Under the pieces are notes generated by a model that was not told the origin of the DNA, searched no databases, and was given only the letters and a program-made list of their open reading frames with translations. The translations under genes were made by a program, and so were the position numbers. Shown piece after piece: positions 10,301 to 22,799 of a stretch of DNA of 64,000 nt. How positions within the stretch are numbered: the stretch's first letter is position 1; every line of letters starts with the position of its first letter. The stretch is from Macrostomum lignano (lineage: Eukaryota), in contig NIVC01000991.1 in the NCBI GenBank assembly GCA_002269645.1, positions 248,001 through 312,000 on the forward strand, given 5' to 3'.

Positions 10301-13300
10301 TTAAACAGAAAATAAATTCATCCTATTAAGCTCGCTTCTTTGTTTGCGACCTGTGGCCCATGGTCTTGAACTGAAAACCTCATCTGGCCCTCAAGTGGAA
10401 AAAGGTTGCTGACTCCTGCTTTAAAGCTTCATATGAAATCTGAAAAAAGCTTTGTTCAAAGTTTTGTTCCTTTAAAGGCCCCATGGGCCACACCATTAGC
10501 AAAAACACAACTTTATTTTCAGGGAGATCGTAAAGCACATATGTTTATGATGTCTTTGTAGTTTATTTGTCTGTCTTTGGTTTTTTCAGCACCCTCTGCT
10601 TGTCAGCTGTTGTTTGAGGCTGGTCGGCAAGAAGTTCCAGAAGGTAATTATTTGTCTTGCGCCAAATAGTCTAAGACATTTCAAAAAGTTTTAATTTCAC
10701 TTTGAAGAAAAGTAATTCAGAGGTTAATGCATTTTTTGTTGATTTTGATTCACTAGTAACAAGATAGTTACTAAAAGAGAAGAGCAGGATGGGTTGTGGG
10801 AGCTCTGACGGTGGCAGTGGGGGGGGGCAGGGTGGTGGGGGAGCAGGGTGGTGGGGGGAGCAGGGATTGGGGTAGAGAAAAAGAGGGGGTCTAGGCAGAC
10901 CCAGCAAATGGGAGACCAAGCTTCGCACAACCTTGTTGAAACTTTGCTTTAACAACCTCAAATTCTACTGAAATCATTGTTTTCATCTTTCACTATCAGT
11001 CCTAGTCCTACTATCTTAAAATTCAAAGACTTAGATTTCCAGAATGAAATTTGTTGTTATTTATAAGTACAATTGTCAGGTTATAGAGATTTCTCCAAAA
11101 AGTGTAACTCTCCCTAGCGAACTGCAAGACCTCAGTAGGTCGAAATGGCTTGAACTGAGAAATTCTATAGAGCAATGGCTGTTTGAAGCTGTGTATGAGG
11201 ATGAGACATATCGGGCATATCTTGTACAGGTGAGTATATTTTATACTTTTTTAAGTATTAATTAAATAATTCACTCATCCATGAGTCATGAACCATAACT
11301 CAACCCCTTAAGCCCACCATTTACAAAATTGCAGAGTGGATGAGCAAAGTGGACCATGACCATAGGACAATGATAGACTTCGCCTTGGCAGCCAAAATGC
11401 AAAGGGCGATCAATTTTAATGGTCGCAAGATGGCAGAAAGAGCTCACACTGCTGGCTGTCTAACATCTCTAACGGATGACATGCTTGGCTTTGAAAAAGT
11501 TTTTCTATGGTGGTTATAAGGTGAGACAACAGTTTTGTGATATATTGCATTTAGAAACTGCAACTGAAACTGCATGCAAGCTACTAAAAGTAGTTACTTG
11601 AAAAACAATGCTGTCATGATTTAACTTGCACAAATATAAAATGCATCTATTCCAGATATTATGAACACCATCTACAGAGACTTTACCCTCCAGCCACAGC
11701 TGAGACCAGCCCACGTTCCATCAACAGTGGAAGTGTAGAAAATGTGTATGAATATGCTAAAGCATGCCACTGACTGTGTGACACCTTGATCTCACAAGAA
11801 GACATCAACAGCCACAAACAGCCAGCAGCAAATGCCAGGGCAACAGCAACAGCAGCAGGAAGCGCTTGAGCAGCAGCAAATGCCGGGGCGGCAGCAGCAA
11901 TGCAGCAGATCTGCCCTGCTGCCTAGTATCCATCATGCAAAAAGAGACCCTTTTGGCAGTTTGAAGCACTGGCAGACCTCGAACCTTGGGCCAAAAACAG
12001 GAAGACCTTAGAGAAGAAGAGTGCATACTGCAGCAGCTTGAGCGAAGACTCACGAATGGAATTTCTAACTGATGATGACATTGACAGCGATTTTGACTAT
12101 TGACTAATCAATGCAATTGTTCAATTGCTCACTTGATCACTTATTCACCATGATAGTTTTATGCATAAGTTCGGCTTATAAAATGTAGGGTTACTAATGT
12201 GAAAATTTCAGGGAACAAATTAAAGTATATTCAAAAAGCAAGGGCAGCTACAAGAAATGACAAATATATGAAAATGAAATTATTATATATGAAAATGAAA
12301 TTATTATATATGAAAATGAAATTATTATTACTAAAATATTACATGCTTATAGGAAAATAAGCTAAAGCTACAAATATTTTTCAAGCTGTAACACTACCAG
12401 GCCAATTTTCTAATCTTTAATAAACAACTATACTACTTTCAGTAGAGTATGATGACTTTCTGCTATACTTTTTGTTTGCATTGAGGGGCGGACGTTGCCC
12501 AACCTTGGGGTGACTATATAATTAGTGCACCTCACTGATGTCGAACAGCTGCAGGGCACACATTGCCCGACAATTGGGGTGAACTAGGATTTTCTACTGG
12601 GCAATAGTTATTTTCTGCTTTGTAGTTTAATGGAAATATCAACTAGGAAGCTTTAAACAAAACAACCATTATATATGTAAAAAATTTTACAACACTTATA
12701 TTAAAACATTGTACATGACACTCTAGGCCTAAATTCAATCAAATCAAAGCTATAAATGTTTAACTTTTTTTTTCGAAAAGATAGGCTTATTATCCTAAAA
12801 TGAATTTTATATGTGAAAATAAAAACAATACATAAAGTTTTATTTGTTTTTAAATTAAAATCCATATGAAATCCAAAATATAAAATCTGTTAGGGTGCAA
12901 GACCAAGATGGCCATAGTTACAACATTAAATCTCTATTATATCTGCTTTCTCTTTAATAATAACTAGCAACTTAATCCCATTGAACTTTTCACCCGGTTT
13001 TTTTTCTGGAATTTTGTGATCCAGGCCCGATTTTTATTGATTTCTAGGCCCAGATCAGGTTTTTTGGCCCAGAACAGCCCTTTTTTCTGGAAAAAGATCC
13101 GGAAATATGATCCGGTAAAATTTTGGGGAAAGGGAAAGCTGTTCTGGTTGGATTTTCCTTAATTTTTCACCCAGAACACTATAGAATTCTGGGTGTAGAC
13201 CCAAATTTCAGTAGTGTTCTGGGTGAAAATGTTCCAGATGAGATTTTGGGATTTGTGTTGGAATTTCCTAGTGATCTAGACCAAATGATCCAGAAAAAAT

Positions 13301-16300
13301 CATCTGGATCAGCTCCCTTGACCCAAATTTCAGTCAAGTTCCAGGCAAAGCTGATCCAGGAGAATTTTGGGACTTCAGTCAGAATTCCTCAGTGATCTAG
13401 ACCAAATGATCTGGAAAATTCACACAGATCAGCTGTTTCCTTGACCCAAATTTTAGCCAAGTCCCAGGCGAAGCTGATCTAGGAAAACTTTGGGACTTCA
13501 ATCAGATTTCCTCAGGTATCTGGACCAAATGATCCAGAAAATTCACCCGGATCAGCTCCCCTGACTTGAATTTCAGCCAAGTTCCGGGCAAAGCTGATCT
13601 GGGAAAATTTTGGGACTTAAGTCAAAATCAATCAGGCATCCATTACAAGTACCATGGGGATTTTGAGAGGAAGCCTCCAATGGAAAACCACTGAATATAG
13701 ACCCTAGCAAATGGTTATCCCATCAGGCAATCCCTGGCATCCATTTGGTCAGCGGCGCTAATTCCTCTTGGAAAGCGAGGGGTAATAAAGCCTCACTTCT
13801 GTTGCAACAACTTATCTGCTTTACGGTAGTACTATAGCGTCCGTAATGTGAGGCTGAGCCCATCCTCTGTACAGGTGACAATTGATCAAAAAATTGTTGC
13901 GCCCTATTTGTGTGCGAGAGGTTTGACTTCCACTGGCATATAGTCTATCACAGCTGCTTAGTTGACGCTTATTTGACGCTTAGAAACATGAGTCAGCCAA
14001 CCATATTGTTTGGCATAGCTGGGTGTCTAGACGGAGACTGTGGCATAGTTCCAAATAGCTCTAACTGGCCTAGTATGCAAAGCAGCTTCATTATTAAGAT
14101 AGATGCTAATCCAATTTATTTTGGTACATGCTCCAATGGTTTGTCTAAGGCGTTTGCAGTTGCACCAGCTGTGAGCAGATCAAGTCTAAAGTAGTCTATA
14201 TGGCCTACTAGGGTCAGTTACCATATTGTGTGGTTCAAGGTAGCTGCTAAGCTGACATGCAATGGATAATCAATCCTTACTTCTGTTGTGGCTCAAGGCA
14301 GGTGCTAAGCTGACCTGTGATGGATAATCAATCCTTGCTTCTGTTGTGGCTCAAGGCAGTTGCTAAGCTGACCTGCGATGGATAATCAATCTTTGCTTCT
14401 GTTGTGGCTCAAGGCAGCTGCTAAGCTGACATGCGATTTGAAAATACAAATGAATTATACGCTTCAGTATTGGCACACTGACTTTTTTCTTTCTTATTTC
14501 CATTTTTGAAACTATTAGGTAGTATGTATGATCATTGTTATGTATTGAAAGCAACCTCATAAACTGTTGAGTATTAGGTGCAACAGAAATTTTTTAAATT
14601 GTTTACTAAAAGTGCAGCTAGAACCCGAAGTTGAATGAATGATAATATGTCCTATACAGTTCAAACTGACTGCTATTTACAGAAGTGAATACCATACCCC
14701 TTTTTAGCACAATGGATTGCAACGAATTCTCTGTGCTGTCCAATGAAAAGAAATGGAAAATAGCTGCTAGCTAGTCTCTGGGCCATCCTGCTGTACCCCA
14801 CACATTGGGGCCGTCCAGCACCTCGGGTGCCCATTGAGTCTGTATTAACATCGTACTGATGGCTATTAGGCACTGAAATTCCTCTCGCTGACTTCGGATG
14901 TAACAGCATTGGCAAACTTATAGATCAATATAGCCAGAGAATTGCCGCAGACGGTGTGTGGCTTTGGCTCACAGATCCTGTGCCCGGATTTAGCGTAAAT
15001 AAACAACCCAATTTGCCAGGCAGGGCCAATCCCGGCACTGCGGCACAACTGACAGTGGCCAAAGTCAGCGTACATAGTCGGTCAAGTTTGCCAGGCAGGG
15101 CCAATCCCAGCGTTGCAACACAACTGAAAGTGGCTGAAGTTGGCGTATATAGTCAGCCAAATTTGCCAGGCAGGGCTAATCCCTTGGTCATGGCACAACC
15201 GACAGTGGCCAAAGTTGGCTGGTTGCTCACACCAGACGCTAACGTCGACACTGTCCTAAAGCACTGGCAGTGGTACATAACATGCTCGCGTGAATTGCCA
15301 CTAAAAAGCTGCCGTATTGGTTGCCTGTCAACTTTAGACTGGAAGAATGCGTCACTGCGAAGCCATCGAAACACTCTGCTACACAGTTGGCTGATGAAAA
15401 CAATAGGCATGAGGTGGTGGCTTCCAGTCAGTGTGGCTTCGCGGCGTCATGGGTCTCCTCACAATCGCCGTAGAAAGCCCAACAGACATTTACACGGGCT
15501 TTCTGTGGCAGGACAAACAGGACAGAGAGGAGGATAGAGAGGAGGACGGAGAGGATGACTTGTGCAACATCAGCATGGTACCTGCTGCTGACTTGTGCAA
15601 CATGAGCATGGCACCTGCTGCTGTGCTGGAGTGGCTGGTTGTCATCCAAGTCGGCTTACGAGACGTGATTAGGCGTGACTGTGGCCTTAACTGCTGTTTC
15701 CAACTGCTCAGATCTTGGGCTTGGCAGCTGGGCATAGGCCTGCGTTTGCCACAAAAAGCAGGAATAGAAAAACCCACCATTATGGGCACGGAGCCCTTGG
15801 CCAACCAAGCCAATGCTCTGCTGGTGCTACTCCATCAGGAGGTGGGCAGATTTAATGTGGCCTATCAGTGCAGAAAAGGCTGGAGAGATCTCATCGGCTT
15901 CCTGCTAATTATAGTATACAAATGCTGTTGAAGGAGGGCATCCCCCGTGGCTATTGCACAACAGATAATGTTGCTGTGGCCATTGTGGGTGTAGAGGTAA
16001 GGTACTGCAGCTTTGATGCGCCAGTAGTGCTCTTGATCTGCTGTGAGACAGCACAATTAATGGTCCGCTACCCGGCACTACTGGCGTTGCCTAGCTCAGG
16101 CCTTACCTTGCAAGGGCTTGTTTTTTACCCTGATGAGCCAATGCCCATCACTGCGGCCGGCGTTGCGAGCGGTATGGCCAGTGTCAAACTGCCGCGGTTC
16201 CACCGACAGCAGCCACTACTTCCGCCACTGCAGCTGGCATTGCAAGCAGTATGGCCAGCGTTGAACTGCCGCTGGATTCTGGCGCGGTTCCGCCGATAGC

Positions 16301-19300
16301 AGCCACTACTTCCACCACTGCGGCTAGCATTGCAAGCAGTATGACCAGTGTTGAACTGCCGCAGTTCCGCTGACAGCAGCCACTACTTCCGCCATTGCAG
16401 CTGGCATTGCGAGCAGTATGGATTCCAGCAGCTGGATTCCAGCGCGGTTCTGCCGACAGCAGCCACTACTTCTGCCATTGCGGCCGGCATTGTAGACAAC
16501 GAGTATTATCTACACTCTCATTACCATAGATACAGCCTGGGCATGGGCAGTCAGCATAATAAAATGTTAAAGCGAAGAAAGTTTTAAAAGTGCTACTACT
16601 ATCCTATTGCTGACGTCCAGTTCCTGACAAATTAATCTGGGGTGAATCTTATTGATGCTACTAGTTTCATACGGGGTTAATTGGGCTTATGGGACTAATT
16701 AGTCTTACTAATCTTACTAATTAATTAATAAATGTCACGCAGGATTTGAGAATTTGATAGTGAAGGCAGAATGCCTTAAAATGAGGAACTATAACTTAGT
16801 TTTATTTTTAGCAGAGGTGTTCAACAGATGCCAAGTACTCACTAACTCAACTCCAGACCCATTTATAAATACCTTTATATGAGTCTTCCACCTATCTGGT
16901 GCATTTAACTTTTCATGTGTACCACTTTTGCGTGACTAATATCCTATTCATGCCCTATTCATGTCGTACAAATTTATAAATTTATAAGATGTCGGCAAAT
17001 GTTTTTTACCTCAAGGGCCAGATAAGGGATCTAGCTCATGGCTGCGGGCCAGGTAAGAGAGATAATAAGATGCAGTAGAAAATGAAAAATGAGAAGGCAG
17101 AGGATGGGATGAGAAAAGAAATGAGATAAGATAAGAGTAGAGTAGAGATAAAGGGACAAGAAGATGAGCAAATGAGAGTAGGGAATAGAGAGGGGAGAGG
17201 ATACAAGAGAGGAGACAAAAGAAAAAGAGCTGAGAAGACAAACCCTGAGTAGGCAATTGATTGCAATAGTGAAGTGCCGACCCCTGGTTTAAATGACAAT
17301 GGGTGACATTCTTTTGTGGTGTCCTAATCCTTTATTCACCGTGTTGTTCCACTTTTCTGGTGCATTTACTGTTTTTGTCTTGTATACCTCTTTTGCATGA
17401 CATCAAATACACGTAACAACTTGCTATTCTATTTGGGGCAGAATTACACCCACACTTTTTTAGTAAATCTGTACTTTGTTGCCATTCACCCAAAATTGTA
17501 TGCTGATCTGGTTCACTTGCCCAGAATTTAGCCCGGATTCATGTGCTGATCCAGTTCACTTGCCTTGAATTGTGTACTGATCCGGTTCACTTGCCCTGAA
17601 TTGTGTGCTGATCCGGTTCACTTGCCCGGAATTTAGCCCAGATTTTTGTGCTGATCCAGTTCATTCGCCTGGAATTGTGTGCTGATCTGGTTCACTTGCC
17701 TAGAATTTAGCCCAGATCTGTGTGCTGATCTGGTTCACTTGCCCAGAATTTAGCCCAGATTTGTGTGGTGATCCAGTTCATTTGCCTGGAATTGTGTGCT
17801 GATCCAGTTCACTCGCCTGGAATTGTGTGCTGATCCAGTTTACTTGACCAGAATTGTGTGTTGATCTAGTTCACTTGCCCAGAATTTAGCCCGGATTCAT
17901 GTGCTAATCGGGTTCACTTTATTAGAATCATTTAGTGTGTGTGATCTATCTATACCCCTCAGCTTTGGTGGAAAGAGAGAAGTGCAGCCAAAACCAAATC
18001 TGTTCTAGCTAGCCTTGCAGGTATCTATACAATATACAGATTTACTAGTCAATAGATTTACTAGTATAAGTGCACTCAAGCACAAGTCTACTAGCCAGCC
18101 AGCCAGCCAGCCATGACTCACCACCCAGTTTTGTCAACCGTGTGAATCACCACTGCTATTTCAAGTTAAGCGCCAAGCCTACCAACCACACTCCACAGTG
18201 GGCTCAAGTTCCAACTATCACTCTGGTCATTGACTTTTGGAGAGGTGGCAAAGAGCAGTGAATTAAGTGAGGATTGACTGGCTAAGTAACGTGCAGGGTG
18301 TCAAAAGCATTTATTCAATATGACAAATTTTATTTTATTTTTTTGTTCTAATGCTCAGAACAGATTGTTCTATACTTCCTATTGGTGATTGTCTAATTTT
18401 TATCAATATCAATATTTTGTAGTGTTACCAGAACTATAGTGCATTTTTGTCTGACTATTCTCATCATTCATGTACTCCATAATTTTAATGTAATGAAGTA
18501 TTTTTCTGTTTTATAATTTTCTATATCTGTCTTCCAATTTCTTCCTTTCTTGTTGCGGGTGCATGAGACATCCCATTTTTGCAATGCTGGCCTTCAAAAG
18601 CCGGACATCATTGGCGTTTCTTAGTATCCATATTTTTTTCTGCGTGCCTGTCTGTTTCTGCGCCTTTGTGCGCGTAGCTGGGCTGTGTCTATGTCCCATT
18701 GGGGGCGCATCCGTGTGGTCCATCCAGGACCAGCCTAGCAGATAAGCCGTCTATCAGCTGGCTGCACTTAGCAGCATGATGCACTTGGCATCTTTCACTT
18801 TCTTTCAATCTACTTGTGTGCTATCTTTGATTGTCTCTGCTTTATTTATTTCTGCTCTCACGACTTCAAAATCTTAACCTGCAACTCTCAATATTTGTGC
18901 CGCACGCTAATACAGTTGTTAATCAGCATTGACTAAACTTTTGTTTATTTTATCCAGTTGTTTCTGCTTTGTGCTTGACCTGCTATTGCCAAAAATTTTG
19001 TCATTATTTAGAATTGTCTATCAATATTGTATTTGTTAAATGTTACTGTTTTTACTTATAGTAGCTATTAACATTTGGCATTCCTTCGGTTTACGATCAT
19101 TTTTCCACCTACATTTTGGTTCACGATCCCCATGTAATTTTTCATATAAATGATCATAGCTTGCTTGAAATAAACAAAAATTGTTAAACTGAGCTTATTT
19201 GTTACATTAGAAAAAACTGAATGGAATAGCCAACAAATGGTTTCTTTAATGGCATTGCGATGGTAGGCCCTAAGGATCCTATATATCCACTTTGGTTCAC

Positions 19301-20064
19301 AATCATTTACATGTATTTCTTCAATTTAAATGATCGTGAACCGAAGCTGAGGGGGGTGTCGAAGACATATGTAGTCATATATTTATTTGTTGGCTTGTTG
19401 GCGATTGAAATGTTATCTTGAGTTAACGTGCGCTCCCAAGTAACTTGATGCTTTATTATTCTCTGGACGCTGCCACCCCCCCCCTCTCAGCTTTGGTTTA
19501 TGATCATTTACATGTATTTCTGCCATTTAAATGATCGTAAACCGAAGTGGATATATAGGATCCTCTGCATAGAACAGTTCTGAAACGAGTTCTGTAACGA
19601 GCAACTCTTTCAATTTGATGAATGTATGCGAATGAACAGATCTCTTTGCATTGTTTCATACTGGTTGGCATTCGGTGTAGGACGAAGACCGCCACACACC
19701 AAGACTGCCACACTTGGGAGCTAAGGGAGAAATTTGAATTTATGTGTTATTAGATGGTGCTAGAGAGATGAGTGGGTAGGAGAGCCAGCCCCAGCAGTGA
19801 GAAAAGAACCTATGAGAGGAATAGCAATGCTAGAAGATTGGTAGCTCCCCCTCAATACCAGTAGCCAGTAATAGCTGTGTTGGTCTTGGTGTGTGGCGGT
19901 CTTAGTCATGCGCCATATGTATAGCCTGTATGCAGATGCAATAATTATGCTTAAAACAAACAAAATGATTTTATTTCGAAGAACAGTAAGAATATTAGCA
20001 CAATTAAAAGAGCATAACCTACTTCAGGGTTCGACTCCAGAGGAATCCAGTGAACAGTAGACAT
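7359..20064 (-). CDS. UCHL3: Ubiquitin C-terminal hydrolase, UCH-L1/L3 family, 228 aa; exons 20064-20023, 9093-8811, 8465-8383, 7637-7359
   Basis: Exon 1 encodes MSTVHWIPLESNPE. Catalytic QTVSNACGT (Cys), NLHY (His) and EFDGR (Asp) are present. All junctions are GT-AG and phase-matched (0,1,0); 687 nt total. Likely co-ortholog of UCHL1/UCHL3. Confidence 0.93.
7785..8065. repeat. About 28-30-bp AT-rich minisatellite (AAGCCGATATGTATCGATTTTTT...)n
   Basis: Tandem copies in UCH intron 3. Confidence 0.85.
8512..8752. repeat. 49-bp minisatellite, 5 copies
   Basis: GGTGATTCTC recurs at 8521, 8570 and onward, in UCH intron 2. Confidence 0.9.
10590..12103 (+). pseudogene. Possible decayed multi-exon gene of unknown family, antisense within UCH intron 1
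   Basis: Paired splice sites bound open segments 10590-10643 (HPLLVSCCLRLVGKKFQK) and 11080-11229 (VIEISPKS...RAYLVQ). Further exon-like blocks at about 11335-11520 and 11656 onward carry frame conflicts, then a Gln-rich stretch and an acidic end FLTDDDIDSDFDY*. Confidence 0.35.
13255..13630. repeat. Degenerate tandem repeat, about 120-bp unit, about 3 copies
   Basis: TGATCTAGACCAAATGATC and TTGACCCAAATTT recur at about 120-bp spacing. Confidence 0.65.
14228..14435. repeat. About 57-bp tandem repeat, 3-4 copies
   Basis: TGTGGCTCAAGGCAG...GCTAAGCTGAC...GGATAATCAATC repeated. Confidence 0.8.
14995..15225. repeat. About 75-bp tandem repeat, 3 copies
   Basis: TTTGCCAGGCAGGGC recurs near 15011, 15086 and 15161. 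Confidence 0.8.
16165..16490. repeat. GC-rich degenerate tandem repeat
   Basis: CAGCAGCCACTACTTCCGCCACTGCAGCTGGCATTGC occurs about 4 times. Confidence 0.7.
17490..17925. repeat. Degenerate minisatellite (GTGCTGATCCAGTTCACTTGCC...)n
   Basis: Mixed 27- and 39-bp units in tandem. Confidence 0.8.
18511..19060 (-). mobile_element. Decayed non-LTR retrotransposon 3' fragment, RTE-like
   Basis: Translation KQTGTQKKIWILRNANDVRLL...QQERKKL resembles the RGRP-W-D-AQDR C-terminus of RTE ORFs. Upstream frames carry stops. Confidence 0.3.
19273..19564. mobile_element. MITE-like element with 18-bp perfect TIRs
   Basis: AGGATCCTATATATCCAC and GTGGATATATAGGATCCT. Each arm continues as an about 85-bp imperfect inverted repeat with an internal palindrome. 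Confidence 0.7.
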
Positions 20065-22554
20065 AGCTGAAAATCCGTAGTTTAGTAGTGTCAGGATTCA
20101 GTGGTAAAATATTGAAGGAAAAACACCACTGCGTTCAAAAAAAGAAAGAAGTGTAATGTGCGAAAAAAGAAAACGTCTAAAAACGTGTACATCAAAGTCG
20201 CTAACAGTGTAATATTGACAGGCCCAGTTAACAAAAAAGTTTTTAAAAAACAGTTATTTAGGTACATTAAAATACTTATTTTGTTCTAAGTATTGTTGAT
20301 AAAAGTTTAAATATAAGGTTCTTAGAATTATTCGCTGATTTAAAATTAACATTTTAACGGTCGACGAGGTTCGAACGAACTAATGATGCTTTTCATATTA
20401 CCAATTCCAGAATCAGAAATCGGTTCGGATCTTCCAAGAAAAACAGCACTATAACTATTTAATTCTTTTGAATGTTTAACTGCCTTAACAACCTCACTTA
20501 GCACAATTTTTCACTTTCTTCTTGGCGATTGTCATTCAATAATAAAAACTTTATAGCACGTATCTCCCTGACTCCCTCTAGTTATGGAGACAAAAATTAA
20601 ACTTCACAAATTGGTTCTGGTTCTGGAACCAGAACAAGCAATATGAAAAGGCCCCTTCATCATCATTATCAGCAGACGTCCAATTTCGTAGGATAGCCCC
20701 CCCTTTTTTAATCTTCTCTATAGAGATTGCACAAGATCTTGAACTTGCAATCAATATTTGATGTTTTTTACTGTTTTCTTAATTGAATCTTGAATCTTGA
20801 TTAAATCTTGATTTTAAAATGTGCCAAAAATCTAAGATATAAAAAATAGAGTAAACTAAAGATAGGGGCTTCAGCCTTCAGTGAGATTTTAAAACTTCTA
20901 AATTTCTAATCTTTTACTATTTATAATAGATCTTGTTGTATGAGTAAAAAGACACCTCAATTTTAAGGGACTATTATCATTTTGCAGATGATTTGATTTC
21001 ATGTTTTAAAAAAGTTTTTTTATAACTTTTTTTAGGCCTGTTCCTTAGGCTTCTATCCAATTTTTGTGTGATACCTTAGTCCTTAGCATGCAAAATGCAT
21101 TATGCATTTATGCATTAATATGCATTTATGCTTATGCATTTTTTCTCTAGTTTCAAAAACTATATGTCTAAGCCTAATTACATGTTATTTTCATATTTTT
21201 CATTTGTATTCTTACACTCTATACTTATTACCAAGGACTACTTAACTACCTAGAAGGACTCTAAACTCTAAAATGGTGGCAAAATAGTTGAAGGCCAATT
21301 TTGTCTTTTCCCTAGGCCTATTGACGTAGGGCTTACTTCTGCCTCTATTAATAATATCCTACTATTGCCACCAAAGTTGCTGTAGGGCTCCGTCTCTCTA
21401 TACAATTTCAACCGCTGACACCAAAGTTGTTACAGGGGTTATTTCTTCTTGTTAATATTGCTGGTTATTATCTGCTTTTTACTAGTAGCGTATGTACTTC
21501 TATTGGTAGCGTATGTACTCTTATTGGTAGCGTATGTACTTTTACTGGCCTGAGCGGTCTTCTGGCACTAATCCTCTAACTCTATGTATCCCCAATTTAC
21601 TCTTCTAGGAGGATTTCTCTCAGTCCGGGTGTTGCCAGGATCAGAGGGTCACAGCGCACTTTGCTGGGTATTCGGCCCTGAGGTGGGTTTCTCAGACTCT
21701 AAGCCTGGATTTCTCTACCCTGTGGTAGGATTTCTGCCTTCTATAGGTGGGTTACTAGACTCCTAAGTCTAGGGTTTCTCAGATCCTAGATCTGGTTATC
21801 TTGTCCTCTGAGGACAGATTGTACTCCCAACCTTGGGGCAATTCCTATACTAGTATCTACTACTAAAAAAAAATGAGTAATACTGGAACAACTCTTAAAC
21901 TCAGTCTGAATTTGTCTGGTTAAGCTTGTAATATTCAAGCGCGAGCTCAAAGCAGAGCAAAGACTTTTTTATTCTTAGCCTCTAGTGGGCTTCCTTTTAT
22001 AGCAAAAATTTTAGAATGTTTTAAAACAAACTATAATATTTGTAACATGCAAAATATACAATATATAAAAAATATTCAACATATTCGTATAGTAAAACAA
22101 TAGTTATGTTTTCAAAATACAATTTTCCTAGAAACTAATAAAATGCGGCCTATTACACTATAAATTTTGATAAGTTGCATGTATTAAGATGATGTTTTCA
22201 TTTGGAAGTGTAGAATTTATTCTTCTTTCAACCAAATTATTATATGTCTATAGCTTTACGTGTTCAAAAGAATAATATACAGTAAAGTATACATACTCCA
22301 AGTTCAGTAACTTAACTACTTAACTAAAAAACCTAAAAACATGGAGAATTCATGTTTTATAAGATCAAAAAATGTCAAGTAGGCCTAGCTATTTATTATC
22401 CAAATCTTAAAGTTAAATAAAGCCAATTTTGTTATGACCATGTAACTTTATTCTATAGAGTGAAATCAAACCCTGAAAGAACTCCTGACTATACCACACA
22501 CCATGACGCAATACAATGTGAGTTAGTTAATTTTGTTGTTAATTAATTTTTTGA

Positions 22555-22760
22555 GCGAAAAAACTGATAACTAACTGCAAAAATGGTCATTCAAAACTGA
22601 CAAGAAAGTCTATTCGAAAATATAACTGATAAATAACTGCAAATATGGTCGTTCAAAACTGATAGGAAAGTCTACTCTAAAATATAACTGATGAATAACT
22701 GCGAAAATGGTCATTCAAAACTGACTTAAAAGTCTACTATAAAATATAACTGACAAAACA
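22555..22760. repeat. About 60-bp AT-rich tandem repeat, 3-4 copies
   Basis: ATGGTCATTCAAAACTGA recurs at about 60-bp spacing. Confidence 0.7.
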
Positions 22761-22799
22761 GTGTATAACATTAGCTTTTTAATCAGTTCTACTTAAAGA

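Noticed and set aside
13650-14230. Additional LINE 3' fragment
   Set aside because: Only vague motif resemblance; I could not align it convincingly by eye.
16125-16160. Hammerhead ribozyme core (CTGATGAG)
   Set aside because: No downstream GAAA or stem II/III pairing found; the same holds for other CTGANGA hits I looked at.
17040-17240. Purine-rich tract as a triplex-forming regulatory element
   Set aside because: Low-complexity GA sequence without mirror symmetry or other support.
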